Shown: piece after piece, positions 38,091-47,275 of the stretch
Position numbering within the stretch: the first letter of the stretch is position 1
How the letters are laid out: each line of letters starts with the position of its first letter
DNA from: Gammaproteobacteria bacterium
Lineage (GTDB): Bacteria > Pseudomonadota > Gammaproteobacteria > SZUA-229
DNA length: 55,744 nucleotides
Assembly (NCBI GenBank): GCA_029881275.1
Contig: JAOUMX010000003.1
Location: forward strand, 1 to 55,744
Reading direction: 5' to 3'
The notes under the pieces: generated by a model
Database searches by the model: none
What the model was told of the DNA's origin: nothing
What the model saw: only the letters and a program-made list of their open reading frames with translations
Program-made: the position numbers and the translations under genes

Positions 38091-38165
38091 AACAAAACAA
38101 GTAGTGATTGTGTGAGAGAATCTGTAATCCTGCTTTCCCAATAAAACAGGAATTTCGTATACAGA

Positions 38166-38861
38166 TTAGAAAGGCCACCACTTGCTGTTGAGGAACTGAG
38201 TCAACCAGCCCTGATTATTACTGTCCGCAACAAATCCTTCGCCACTATAGGCGATCTGGGCATCGGCCAGTTTTGCTGAAGCAACTGAATTATCCGCCTT
38301 AACATCCTGCGGTCTGATAACACCTGCAATACGGATATATTCTTTACCCTGATTCAAAGTGAACCATTTTTCACCCTGAACAACCAGATTACCGTTAGGC
38401 AGAATATCCACCACCGTGACAGTAATTTCACCATTCAGGCTATTGCTCTGAGTACTATCACCTTCCCCCTGAAATTCACGAGTTGGATTCATTGAAAAAT
38501 CAACCGGGTTTCCATTATAAGTTGGCGAGCGACCTAACAGAGTCGGTGCACCCAGTGAAATATTGTCATCTTTTTTAGTACTGGTTGCTGCGGATTTACT
38601 GGCACTGGTACTTTCCGCCAGCATAATGGTGAGTATGTCACCTATACGAAACGGTTTTGGATCTTCAAATAATGAAATACTGCGCGCCTGATACAAAGAA
38701 CCGTTTTCATAGACCGGCGCCGGTGGCGCAACAGGTCGCACGATCGGTTCAAAATCTGCCAGGTCCTGTGGAATAGTTGAACAGGCTGTTAAAAAACCCA
38801 GCAGAATAAATGCTGCGGAAATATTTATTATTTTAAAATCACACATAAATACATCTCTCAT
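38166..38861 (-). CDS. flgH: Flagellar L-ring lipoprotein FlgH
   Basis: It has a lipobox (GFLTAC), then LFEDPKPFRIGDILTIML and ITVTVVDILPNGNLVVQGEKW. An alternative start at 38846 (MCDFKI) is possible. Confidence 0.95.
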   Translation of the reverse strand: MRDVFMCDFKIINISAAFILLGFLTACSTIPQDLADFEPIVRPVAPPAPVYENGSLYQARSISLFEDPKPFRIGDILTIMLAESTSASKSAATSTKKDDNISLGAPTLLGRSPTYNGNPVDFSMNPTREFQGEGDSTQSNSLNGEITVTVVDILPNGNLVVQGEKWFTLNQGKEYIRIAGVIRPQDVKADNSVASAKLADAQIAYSGEGFVADSNNQGWLTQFLNSKWWPF

Positions 38862-38874
38862 TGACGTTTAATCA

Positions 38875-39660
38875 TTACAGATTATTAGTCACGTATTGCA
38901 ACATGCTATCCGTTGTTGAAATTACTTTGGAATTCATTTCATAAGCACGCTGGGTTTCAATCATGTTAACCAGTTCTTCAACCACATTAACATTTGAACT
39001 TTCCAGTGCTCCGTTACTTAAAGAACCCAGACCGTTTAATCCCGGTGTACCTGCCTGTGGTGAACCACTGGCAGCTGTTTCATTAAATAAATTTTTACCT
39101 ATGGCCTGAAGACCGGTTGGATTAACAAAATCCACTGTCTGAATATTACCAACCTGTGTAGGTGTTGAGGCATTACCCACCAGTACAGTAACGACACCAT
39201 CTTCACCAATGGTTAAGCCCTGTGCTCCTGATGGCACAGTAATAGTTGGTTGCAGCTGATACCCGTTGGCGGTAACCACCTGCCCCTGAGAGTCCAGCTG
39301 GAAAGAACCATCACGGGAATAGGACAAAGAACCATCGGGTTTTAAAATCTGAAAAAAACCACGACCTTCAATGGCAAGATCCAGCGGGTTACTGGTTTGC
39401 ACAATGTTGCCCTGAGTATGTAATTTTTCTGTTGCCACCACACGCACACCCGTACCAATCGATTTACCTGATGGCAACTGAGTATCTTCTGAAGACTGAC
39501 TACCTACCTGTCGGTGTGTCTGATACATTAAATCTTCAAACACCGCCTGATCACGTTTAAAACCATTGGTATTAACATTGGCAAGATTATTTGAAATAAC
39601 TGACAGGCGAGTTTGTTGCGCATCAAGACCTGTTTTCGAAATCCACAGTGCCGGGTTCAT
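38875..39660 (-). CDS. flgG: Flagellar distal rod protein FlgG
   Basis: [34 protein letters not shown] and the C-terminal [36 protein letters not shown] are typical. The protein is 261 aa. Confidence 0.95.
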   Translation of the reverse strand: MNPALWISKTGLDAQQTRLSVISNNLANVNTNGFKRDQAVFEDLMYQTHRQVGSQSSEDTQLPSGKSIGTGVRVVATEKLHTQGNIVQTSNPLDLAIEGRGFFQILKPDGSLSYSRDGSFQLDSQGQVVTANGYQLQPTITVPSGAQGLTIGEDGVVTVLVGNASTPTQVGNIQTVDFVNPTGLQAIGKNLFNETAASGSPQAGTPGLNGLGSLSNGALESSNVNVVEELVNMIETQRAYEMNSKVISTTDSMLQYVTNNL

Positions 39661-39673
39661 AAATTACTCCACA

Positions 39674-40420
39674 TTAACTGTTACGTAATAACCGCGCAGA
39701 AACCTCATCGGATTCCTGTGCTGTTTTCATAATTTTTACATTGGCTTCAAACTGTCTGGCGTTCTCGATCAGATTCACCAGTTCAGAAACCGCATTTACA
39801 TTACTTTGCTCCAGTACACCGGACGCCAGGCTGACGCTGGCATCTGGATTTGCCGTGTTTAAATTCCCATCGATATATCGCAATAAACCATCAGGCCCTT
39901 TTTGCATTAACGACTGATCAGGATTTACCAGCCTGATACGATCAAGAATAGCCATGGTGTCAGCGGTCTGACCGGTAGGAATAATACTGATAGAACCATC
40001 GGCACCAATTTCAACTTTGTCTGCAGGAGGAATAACAATGGGACCCGAGTTACCGATAACGGGATGACCAACACCATTGGTTAACATGCCATTAGCATTA
40101 ATTCTTAAATCGCCGGCACGGGTATACGCCTGCGAGCCATCAGGTGCCTGTATGGCAATCCAGCCTTCGCCATTAACGGCAATATCCAGATCACGTCCAG
40201 TTGAGGTAAAACTACCCGGCATTAAATTAATACCGGATGCTTCATGCCTGTTATAGGCACGGCTATTAAAACCGGGACCTTCAACATGCCAGGTACTGAA
40301 ACTGTCCAGGTTTTCCTTAAATCCAAGCGTACTCGCATTAGCCAGATTGTGACTGATGTTGGTTTGCGCCTGCATCGCCTGCTTGGCACCATTCATGGCT
40401 ATGAAAAGCATTTTATCCAT
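39674..40420 (-). CDS. flgF: Flagellar proximal rod protein FlgF
   Basis: ISHNLANASTLGFKE and the C-terminal LEQSNVNAVSELVNLIENARQFEANVKIM match FlgF. It lies upstream of flgG. Confidence 0.9.
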   Translation of the reverse strand: MDKMLFIAMNGAKQAMQAQTNISHNLANASTLGFKENLDSFSTWHVEGPGFNSRAYNRHEASGINLMPGSFTSTGRDLDIAVNGEGWIAIQAPDGSQAYTRAGDLRINANGMLTNGVGHPVIGNSGPIVIPPADKVEIGADGSISIIPTGQTADTMAILDRIRLVNPDQSLMQKGPDGLLRYIDGNLNTANPDASVSLASGVLEQSNVNAVSELVNLIENARQFEANVKIMKTAQESDEVSARLLRNS

Positions 40421-40448
40421 GGGTTATGTACCTGTTACCTGTTCAGCC

Positions 40449-42173
40449 CTAACGTATATTGATAATGGTTTGCGTAATTGTATTGGCCGTTTCAATGGCT
40501 TTTGAATTCGCCTGGAAATTACGTTGCGCAGTAATCAGTTTCACCAGCTGTGCGGTTAAATCCACATTCGATGTTTCCAGTGCACCTGCCTGAATTAAAC
40601 CAAAGTTACCGGTACCGGCTTCACCTGACACAGCCTGACCTGAACTTACCGTTTCTACCCAGGACGTATTACCAATCTGATTCAAACCCTGGGGATTATC
40701 AAAACGTGCCAACGCAATTTTACCCAGTGCTGTTGTCTGACCATTAGTGAAACTGGCCCGTACCAGACCTTCATCATCAATTTCCAGACCACTTAAACGA
40801 CCGGTAGCAAAACCATCCTGATTCAATGACTGTACTGAAAATGAACCCTGTGCTTCCTGGGTAATGGTATTACCCTGATTAGTGAAATCGATATTAAAAG
40901 TGGTATTGGGAGACCCAATTGGATTGGCACCATTCAATGGATTAAAAGGTGCATACTGAACGTTACCACCATTAGTCGAAGTTGCTGCCTGCAATACACC
41001 GGCACCATCAAAATCCAGTGCTGCATTCCAGGTTGGAGTGAAAAGTGGATTGGTGGCAGCTGCACCGGCTATGGTTGTTGTGCCTGTGACGATATCAACA
41101 GCTGTACCACTGGCGATAATATTACTAATCGCTATATCACTGGTAGCACCTGGAGTGTTACTGGTAATCACAAGATTACCACTGGTAGAATCAGCCGTCG
41201 CTGCAGCACCAAGAGCCGCGTTAATTGCAGCATCAAGTGCTGCAGCGTTGAGGTAAGGTGCATTTAAAACGACAGGTATAGCAGGTGCAACACCATCGAC
41301 TGTTACATCAAACGAAAGTGTGTTGGGGGCCGAGTAATCCACTGGAAAAGCAATCGCCGCAGTACCTGTATATACCTCAGCAATATCGGGTGTTGGCACA
41401 CCAGGGCCGATCGTGTTTGGCATCGGATAGCCATCCATGGTTGAACGCACCTGCCAGGTATTCTGAAGGTCATCATTCATGACAAAATACATGGTTAAGA
41501 TGTGTGAGTTACCCTGCGAATCGAACACCGTTGCCGAGGTTGACGTATGGTAATTATTAGGATTAGGTGCCACCTGTGCAAGGGCACGGCCATTCACATC
41601 ACCACCGCCATAGGCCAGGGAAAATTCAGCATCAATCGCCGCCGTAGATAATGCTACCGGTATATCTGACGGAAAACTTAAATTGATATCCACCTGCGTG
41701 GTTCCCTGTGGCGTTCCCACTGTATTGGGTACCTGTAAAGGCACAGTGCCGGATAAACTGGTGGTCGTTACATTACCGACAGCATCCACAGGAAACACCT
41801 GTAATACCTGAGCTGCACTATTGGCAATGATGCCATTTTGATTAACATTAAATGCGCCTGCACGGGTATAGATAAGATCATTAGTGCCCTGCTCACGCAT
41901 GACATAAAAACCTTCACCGGTAATGGCCAGATCAAGTGTATTCTCGGTAAATTCCAGATTACCCTGAGTAAACTGTTGAGAAACATTTGCCAGCACCACA
42001 CCATCACCAATAGCTTTGCTGGTTGAACCCAGTGATGAAGCAGCAAAGATATCGGCAAACTCGGCACGTGATCCTTTAAAACCGGTGGTACCGACATTGG
42101 CAATATTATTACTGGTTACTGACAGATCCGAAGATGCTGCATTAAGACCACTCAATGAAATACTAAACGACAT
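40449..42173 (-). CDS. flgE: Flagellar hook protein FlgE (enlarged, 574 aa from the preferred start)
   Basis: MSFSISLSGLNAASSDLSVTSNNIANVGTTGFK and the C-terminal LETSNVDLTAQLVKLITAQRNFQANSKAIETANTITQTIINIR are FlgE hallmarks. The ATG at 42173 has a GAGGAG Shine-Dalgarno sequence. The ORF-track start at 42251 overlaps flgD. Confidence 0.9.
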   Translation of the reverse strand: MSFSISLSGLNAASSDLSVTSNNIANVGTTGFKGSRAEFADIFAASSLGSTSKAIGDGVVLANVSQQFTQGNLEFTENTLDLAITGEGFYVMREQGTNDLIYTRAGAFNVNQNGIIANSAAQVLQVFPVDAVGNVTTTSLSGTVPLQVPNTVGTPQGTTQVDINLSFPSDIPVALSTAAIDAEFSLAYGGGDVNGRALAQVAPNPNNYHTSTSATVFDSQGNSHILTMYFVMNDDLQNTWQVRSTMDGYPMPNTIGPGVPTPDIAEVYTGTAAIAFPVDYSAPNTLSFDVTVDGVAPAIPVVLNAPYLNAAALDAAINAALGAAATADSTSGNLVITSNTPGATSDIAISNIIASGTAVDIVTGTTTIAGAAATNPLFTPTWNAALDFDGAGVLQAATSTNGGNVQYAPFNPLNGANPIGSPNTTFNIDFTNQGNTITQEAQGSFSVQSLNQDGFATGRLSGLEIDDEGLVRASFTNGQTTALGKIALARFDNPQGLNQIGNTSWVETVSSGQAVSGEAGTGNFGLIQAGALETSNVDLTAQLVKLITAQRNFQANSKAIETANTITQTIINIR

Positions 42174-42195
42174 AGTTGTCTCCTCGGACTTCGCT

Positions 42196-42870
42196 CTACA
42201 AAATTTTAACGACCTGACTGAAACCAATCTGACCCAGATGTTCCAGTTCAACTTTCATTTCTTTACCAACACCACCCAGTGTCAGACTAATAACATTTGC
42301 AGACACTAACGGGGTAACGGATTCGGCTTCACCATGTCGACTGGCTTCAACTTCAATTCGGTAAGTACCTGCCGGTGCACGCTGATCATTAAGTGTGGTG
42401 CCATCCCAGTTAAACTGAACAAGTCCTCTGGACTGTGCACCCAGATCAACACGATTGATCAATGAGTCATTTGCATCGTAAATATTGACGACAACATTTT
42501 CAGCACTTGAACTTAATTCAACTGCAGAATTAACACTGCCACCCGTTTCCAGATATGCTTCATCATGCTTGATCAGCACATTGCGACCGATTAAATTTGA
42601 GGCTTCCAGAGCCTGGCTGGATTGCAAACTGGCAGCCATACTTTTAAATGATGTGAGTAATTCATTCACACCATTAACGGTACCAAACTGCGCCATCTGG
42701 GCAAGAAAATCACCATTATCCATTGGCTCAAACGGGTCCTGATTGCTTAACTGTGTTGTCATCAGTTTTAAAAAAGCATCCTGACCCAGTGATGATTTAT
42801 CATTAATCGCATCATCGGCAGCATCACGATATGACCGCAAACCAAGCGCATTGATTGAATCGACTTCCAT
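42196..42870 (-). CDS. flgD: Hook capping and assembly protein FlgD
   Basis: LGQDAFLKLMTTQLSNQDPFEPMDNGDFLAQMAQF is the FlgD signature. A FlgD Ig-like C-terminal part follows. Confidence 0.9.
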   Translation of the reverse strand: MEVDSINALGLRSYRDAADDAINDKSSLGQDAFLKLMTTQLSNQDPFEPMDNGDFLAQMAQFGTVNGVNELLTSFKSMAASLQSSQALEASNLIGRNVLIKHDEAYLETGGSVNSAVELSSSAENVVVNIYDANDSLINRVDLGAQSRGLVQFNWDGTTLNDQRAPAGTYRIEVEASRHGEAESVTPLVSANVISLTLGGVGKEMKVELEHLGQIGFSQVVKIL

Positions 42871-42928
42871 CCGTTAACTCCTACTCAAACTTGTTACGTT
42901 ATGCAAAACAATTTTATCGTTTATCACC

Positions 42929-43339
42929 TCAGGTGCGTCCTAACGATAAAGTACGAATAATCAGTTCTTTTGCGGTTGATAACACTTCAACATTATTCTG
43001 ATAACTACGTGAAGCAGAAATCATGTCTGCCATTTCTTCAATGGCATTTACGCCGGAGCTGAATACATAGCCATCTTTATTTGCCATTGGATGCCCCGGC
43101 ATATAATGGGGAATCGCCGGTGTATCCGATTCAACAATCTGTTTTACATGAACAGTTGCATCACCACCGTTAATTTCACTAAGCACCGTTTCAAAGACAG
43201 GATGTCGTGCCTTGTACACATCTTCCGGTTTTGTAGCCATGGTTTCTGCATTGGCAAGATTGCTGGCAACAGTATTCAGGCGCAGCATCTGCGCACTCAT
43301 CGCTGAACCGGCAATATCAAAAATCTTAAGCGCTGACAT
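42929..43339 (-). CDS. flgC: Flagellar proximal rod protein FlgC
   Basis: IAGSAMSAQMLRLNTVASNLANAET and the C-terminal EEMADMISASRSYQNNVEVL match FlgC. Confidence 0.95.
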   Translation of the reverse strand: MSALKIFDIAGSAMSAQMLRLNTVASNLANAETMATKPEDVYKARHPVFETVLSEINGGDATVHVKQIVESDTPAIPHYMPGHPMANKDGYVFSSGVNAIEEMADMISASRSYQNNVEVLSTAKELIIRTLSLGRT

Positions 43340-43341
43340 AA

Positions 43342-43734
43342 TTACTCACCTTTAAAGGCATTTCTTAACCCGTCTATGCGTCGGGACAAAACATTCAATG
43401 TGGTCTGATAACGAATGGTGTTTTCTGCAAAGGCTGCTTTCTCTTTCTGTACATCGACAGTATTACCATCAGCAGAACTCTGCTCTGGAATTCTGAATTT
43501 GATAGAATGATCCAGTTCATTAGCAGATACGGGGATATGCTTTTCACTGGTGACCTGCAAACGTAACTGATCTGACTGAACATTCTGCAGGACATTGTTA
43601 AAATCAATATCACGTGCCTTGTAGCCAGGTGTGTCCGCATTAGCGATATTCGATGTCAGCAACTGGGTTCTACGCTCAAACAACAGTAAAGCGTTATCGT
43701 GTACACCAAAAGCTTTGTCAAAATTTATAGGCAT
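43342..43734 (-). CDS. flgB: Flagellar proximal rod protein FlgB
   Basis: RTQLLTSNIANADTPGYKARDIDF matches FlgB. It is the first gene of the flgB operon. Confidence 0.95.
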   Translation of the reverse strand: MPINFDKAFGVHDNALLLFERRTQLLTSNIANADTPGYKARDIDFNNVLQNVQSDQLRLQVTSEKHIPVSANELDHSIKFRIPEQSSADGNTVDVQKEKAAFAENTIRYQTTLNVLSRRIDGLRNAFKGE

Positions 43735-43762
43735 CTGTTTCTCCGTTTCTGTCAGTAACAGA

Positions 43763-43777
43763 GCAAACCGCGTGCCA
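43763..43777 (-). promoter_or_regulatory. Sigma-54 promoter of the flgB operon
   Basis: The minus strand reads TGGCAC-GCGGT-TTGC(T), a near-perfect match to TGGCAC-N5-TTGCW. It lies ~29 nt upstream of the flgB ATG. Confidence 0.8.
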
Positions 43778-43839
43778 GATTTATTATGTATTGTTTTTCA
43801 AAGACTTAGAAAACATGATGGGTGTTTTTGAAAACGATA

Positions 43840-43856
43840 GCGGCAAAGATTGCCGC
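43840..43856 (-). terminator. Possible weak terminator hairpin after cheR
   Basis: The minus strand reads GCGGCAA-TCT-TTGCCGC followed by TATCGTTTTC. It lies ~30 nt after the cheR stop. The U-tract is interrupted. Confidence 0.35.
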
Positions 43857-43886
43857 CTTAAACAGGAAACTTGCCGCTCAAACCTG

Positions 43887-44711
43887 TTAATGCTTGAGAC
43901 GATAGACCACACCGGTACTGGCACGGACCATTTCAAAAGCATCTGAATACTGGGCAATGGATTCAGATGCGCCGAGCATAAGATAACCTCTGGGGTTCAA
44001 TGCTTTGGCCATTCTACTGATAATATCTTTTTTCGATTCGGCAGAAAAATAAATTAAAACATTACGACAGAAAATAACATCAAACCGGCCTAATGCAGCA
44101 TAACTCTGCAGCAGGTTACCTTCTCTAAAGGTCACTCGCGCACGAATATTGGCATTGACCTGACTTTGATTGCCTATGGAAGAAAAGTAACGTCGTTTTC
44201 TTTCTTCTGATAATCCACGGGCCAGAGCCAGGGCATCATATTTTCCACTCTGCGCCTCGGCAAGAATAGCCTGAGATATATCCGTTGCGACTATTTCAAC
44301 CTTAGGTGCAAACGGATTCTGTTGTGAAAACTCATCCGTAATCATACTGATTGAATAGGGTTCCTGACCACTGGAACAGGCTGCTGACCAGATACGCACA
44401 TTGGATTTTTTTTCATTTTTAAACTCTGTCAATATAGTTTGACTGAGCACTTCAAATGGATAGGTGTCACGAAACCACAAAGTTTCATTTGTGGTCATAG
44501 CTTCTATGACCTGGATGCGTAATTTCTGAGAACCCGGACTTTCCAGTTTTTTAACCAGATCTTGCAAACTGGCAATATGCTGATCACGCATCAACCGTGT
44601 CAGTCGACTGGAGACAAGATAATGTTTATTTTCACCCAAGACAATGCCGCAAGCTTTTTCAAGAAAGACCTGAAAACTCTTATACTCGTCAGGATTAAAA
44701 CTGGCTGTCAT
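43887..44711 (-). CDS. cheR: Chemotaxis methyltransferase CheR (flagellar-locus copy)
   Basis: TNETLWFRDTYPF..IWSAACSSGQEPYS..IFCRNVLIYF are CheR motifs. It is paired with cheV, as I recall for Pseudomonas cheV-cheR1. Confidence 0.9.
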   Translation of the reverse strand: MTASFNPDEYKSFQVFLEKACGIVLGENKHYLVSSRLTRLMRDQHIASLQDLVKKLESPGSQKLRIQVIEAMTTNETLWFRDTYPFEVLSQTILTEFKNEKKSNVRIWSAACSSGQEPYSISMITDEFSQQNPFAPKVEIVATDISQAILAEAQSGKYDALALARGLSEERKRRYFSSIGNQSQVNANIRARVTFREGNLLQSYAALGRFDVIFCRNVLIYFSAESKKDIISRMAKALNPRGYLMLGASESIAQYSDAFEMVRASTGVVYRLKH

Positions 44712-44791
44712 TCATTCACTACTTAAAATTTGTTTTAATAATAGATCCAGCATGCAATCATACACCAGACACTTTGATATATTAATCTTGG

Positions 44792-45736
44792 TTAATGTTT
44801 TTTATCTATATATCCTTTATTGATAACTGACAATACAGCACTCACCAGATCATCGGGTTTAAATTTTGGAATGAAGTAATTAGCTCCTACTTTATCAACC
44901 ATACTATTATTGAAGACCCCACTTAAAGATGTATGCAATAAGACAAATATTTTTTGCAGATTTGGATCTTTGCGTATATTGGTAGTCAACGTATAACCAT
45001 CCATGCGCGGCATTTCTATATCAGATATCACCATTGCTATTTGTTCCTCAAGTGGAATGCCATCCTTTACAAGTCCCTTGAGCGCCTCATATCCATGCTG
45101 GCCATCATTAGCAACTATACATTCTATACCCGCTTTCTCCAGTACACGCTTCATCTGGTTACGGGCGACTGAAGAGTCATCCACTATCATGACGCGTCTG
45201 GGACGCTCAGAGTCAATAGCATTCGCCTCATCAATTAAATCCTGATTCACATCCTCAGGCAAGCCCATGACATCAGCAAAAATTTTTTCGACATCAATAA
45301 TTTCAACCAGTTCGCCTTCAACGTGGGTAACCGCGGTTAAATAACTACTGGCACCACTGCCCTGAGGGGGAGGCAAAATTTCTTTCCAGTTCATATTAGT
45401 AATGCGATCAACAGCCTTAACCAGAAACCCCTGGGTGTAACGATTATATTCAGTGACAATGACAAAACTTTCTTTAATGTTATCTATGGCTTTATTATTA
45501 ATAGATAAAGAAAGATCCATAACAGGTATGGTTTTATTACGCAGATGTGCAACACCGACAACCCGGTTATTTGACTTGGGCAGACGGGTTAATTGCGGAC
45601 AACGAATGACTTCCTGTACTTTAAAAACATTTATACCATAGAGCTGGCGTCCCCCCAGTCTGAACAATAGCAACTCAAGGCGATTTGTGCCTGCTAACTG
45701 TGTTCTACTATCAACACTATCAAGTACACCGGCCAT
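44792..45736 (-). CDS. cheV: CheV (CheW-like domain fused to a receiver domain)
   Basis: An N-terminal CheW-like domain (LELLLFRLGGRQLYGINVFKVQEV) is followed by a C-terminal receiver (VMIVDDSSVARNQM..MVISDIEMPRMDGY). Confidence 0.9.
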   Translation of the reverse strand: MAGVLDSVDSRTQLAGTNRLELLLFRLGGRQLYGINVFKVQEVIRCPQLTRLPKSNNRVVGVAHLRNKTIPVMDLSLSINNKAIDNIKESFVIVTEYNRYTQGFLVKAVDRITNMNWKEILPPPQGSGASSYLTAVTHVEGELVEIIDVEKIFADVMGLPEDVNQDLIDEANAIDSERPRRVMIVDDSSVARNQMKRVLEKAGIECIVANDGQHGYEALKGLVKDGIPLEEQIAMVISDIEMPRMDGYTLTTNIRKDPNLQKIFVLLHTSLSGVFNNSMVDKVGANYFIPKFKPDDLVSAVLSVINKGYIDKKH

Positions 45737-45934
45737 GGTTAATTTAACCTCATAATTTATAATCTTAATTGAGTATCAGAGCATCTGTTTCCGATATATC
45801 TATCTTCATCTATAATTGCATGATATTCGAATAATAAAAATATTTATGCCTTATATTACGACAGGATTCTGACCCTTACCTCAGAATTATAGATTAGAGT
45901 CTAGTACACAATTGACCTCACACCAGGAATAGCG

Positions 45935-47275
45935 ATGTTAAAGCACCTATTAGTTACTAAATATGCACTTCCCATTCTTGAGGCGGCATTGAAAGCCGAT
46001 TACAAAAACCTGTCAAAACTTACCGCTGAATGTTCCCAAACTTCATCCGCACTTATTAATACCACGAATACAATCGTGGATAATAATAAAAAACTGGTGT
46101 CAGTTGCTGAAAGTGGTATCTGGTCATTACAACAAACCTATGAGATACAAACTAAAATTCTCGAATTACAAAATCATGTTGCCGAAATAGGTGGTGTAAC
46201 GGCCAGCGTAGCCGCGGCAACTGAAGAAATGGCGGCATCAGCCACAGAAATATCAAATTCTTCACAAAACACATCATCTCGCGCACTGGAAAGTTATGAA
46301 AAAACGGAACAGGGCAATATTGCTATATCCTCCATGATGGGTGATATGGATATGCTTGAAACCGCTATTATGGCTATGTTTAACGGGGTCACCAAATTCA
46401 CTGGCTTTACCAGTGAAATCAACAGTCTTACCGCCAGTGTCAGGGATATTGCAAACCAGACGAATTTACTTGCACTGAATGCAGCAATTGAAGCTGCTCG
46501 CGCCGGCGAAGCAGGACGCGGCTTTGCCGTGGTTGCAGATGAAGTCAAACAGCTGGCGTCTAAAACAGAAAAAGCTACACTGGAAATAGAAAACGTCACC
46601 AACACCATGAACACTTTAATGGAAGAGATTGGCCAATCGGTCGGTTCCAGTAAAGAATGCTTAAAACAAAGCACAGACAGTCTGGAAACCGTTGCCATGG
46701 CCCTGGGTGAAGTAACATCCGTTGTTAATGATGTCAGTTATCAGGTCAGAACCATATCGGCATCCGCCACAGAGCAGCAGTCTGTTTCCATGGAAATGGC
46801 CGCAAAACTAAGTGAAATAACACTGGCTGTTGAAGAAGAAACCCAGCGAGTGATGGATATTACCCGTAAAACAAATGAACTAAACGACACCATTATCAGC
46901 CAGTTTAACATTCTGACCTCATTCGATCAGGATGAGATATTACTGCAGACTGTCAAAGCCGATCATGTTGCCTTAAAAACACGACTCTCCATGCTGGCCC
47001 TGGGGCAAACCATCGATAGTCAGCATGAATCGAGTCAATGTCGACTATCGCGCTGGTATGACTCTATTGGTAAACAACGTTATGGACATTTTCAGTCATT
47101 CGAGAAAATGGCCACTCCACATGACAAAATTCATAAACTTGGCAGAGAAATTGCAGAATTATCTGAAAACAGGCAATTTGAGCTGGCCCGTCAAAAAATT
47201 GATGACCTCACTCATTTTAATCGTGAACTGTTTTTATACATTGATGAATTACTGGAAGAAGTACATAAAACATGA
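45935..47275 (+). CDS. Soluble methyl-accepting chemotaxis protein with a C-terminal CZB (chemoreceptor zinc-binding) domain, TlpD-like
   Basis: I could not identify a TM segment. The MA tip reads [35 protein letters not shown]. The C-terminal [33 protein letters not shown] fits the 3His/1Cys CZB motif. Confidence 0.85.
   Translation: MLKHLLVTKYALPILEAALKADYKNLSKLTAECSQTSSALINTTNTIVDNNKKLVSVAESGIWSLQQTYEIQTKILELQNHVAEIGGVTASVAAATEEMAASATEISNSSQNTSSRALESYEKTEQGNIAISSMMGDMDMLETAIMAMFNGVTKFTGFTSEINSLTASVRDIANQTNLLALNAAIEAARAGEAGRGFAVVADEVKQLASKTEKATLEIENVTNTMNTLMEEIGQSVGSSKECLKQSTDSLETVAMALGEVTSVVNDVSYQVRTISASATEQQSVSMEMAAKLSEITLAVEEETQRVMDITRKTNELNDTIISQFNILTSFDQDEILLQTVKADHVALKTRLSMLALGQTIDSQHESSQCRLSRWYDSIGKQRYGHFQSFEKMATPHDKIHKLGREIAELSENRQFELARQKIDDLTHFNRELFLYIDELLEEVHKT

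Noticed and set aside
37923-38141. A 72-aa minus-strand ORF in the flgH-flgI spacer
   Set aside because: It spans the intrinsic terminator and the GC-rich palindromes. It has no Shine-Dalgarno sequence and an Arg/Ala/Ser-rich composition typical of translated GC-rich non-coding sequence. It is better explained as structured non-coding DNA.
42051-42062. A GCCGATAT sigma-28 -10-like word on the minus strand
   Set aside because: It lies inside the flgE coding sequence (codons for A-D-I). The sequence 11 nt upstream (AGGATCAC) has no resemblance to the -35 box TAAAGTTT. A similar GCCGATAT word inside flgK (about 35205-35215) was dismissed for the same reason.
45771-45797. A possible plus-strand sigma-28 promoter for the CZB-MCP/flgA unit (TCCGATAT)
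   Set aside because: The -10 match is partial, and the -35 position reads GAGTATCA, which has essentially no match to the consensus. The promoter of this unit remains unidentified.
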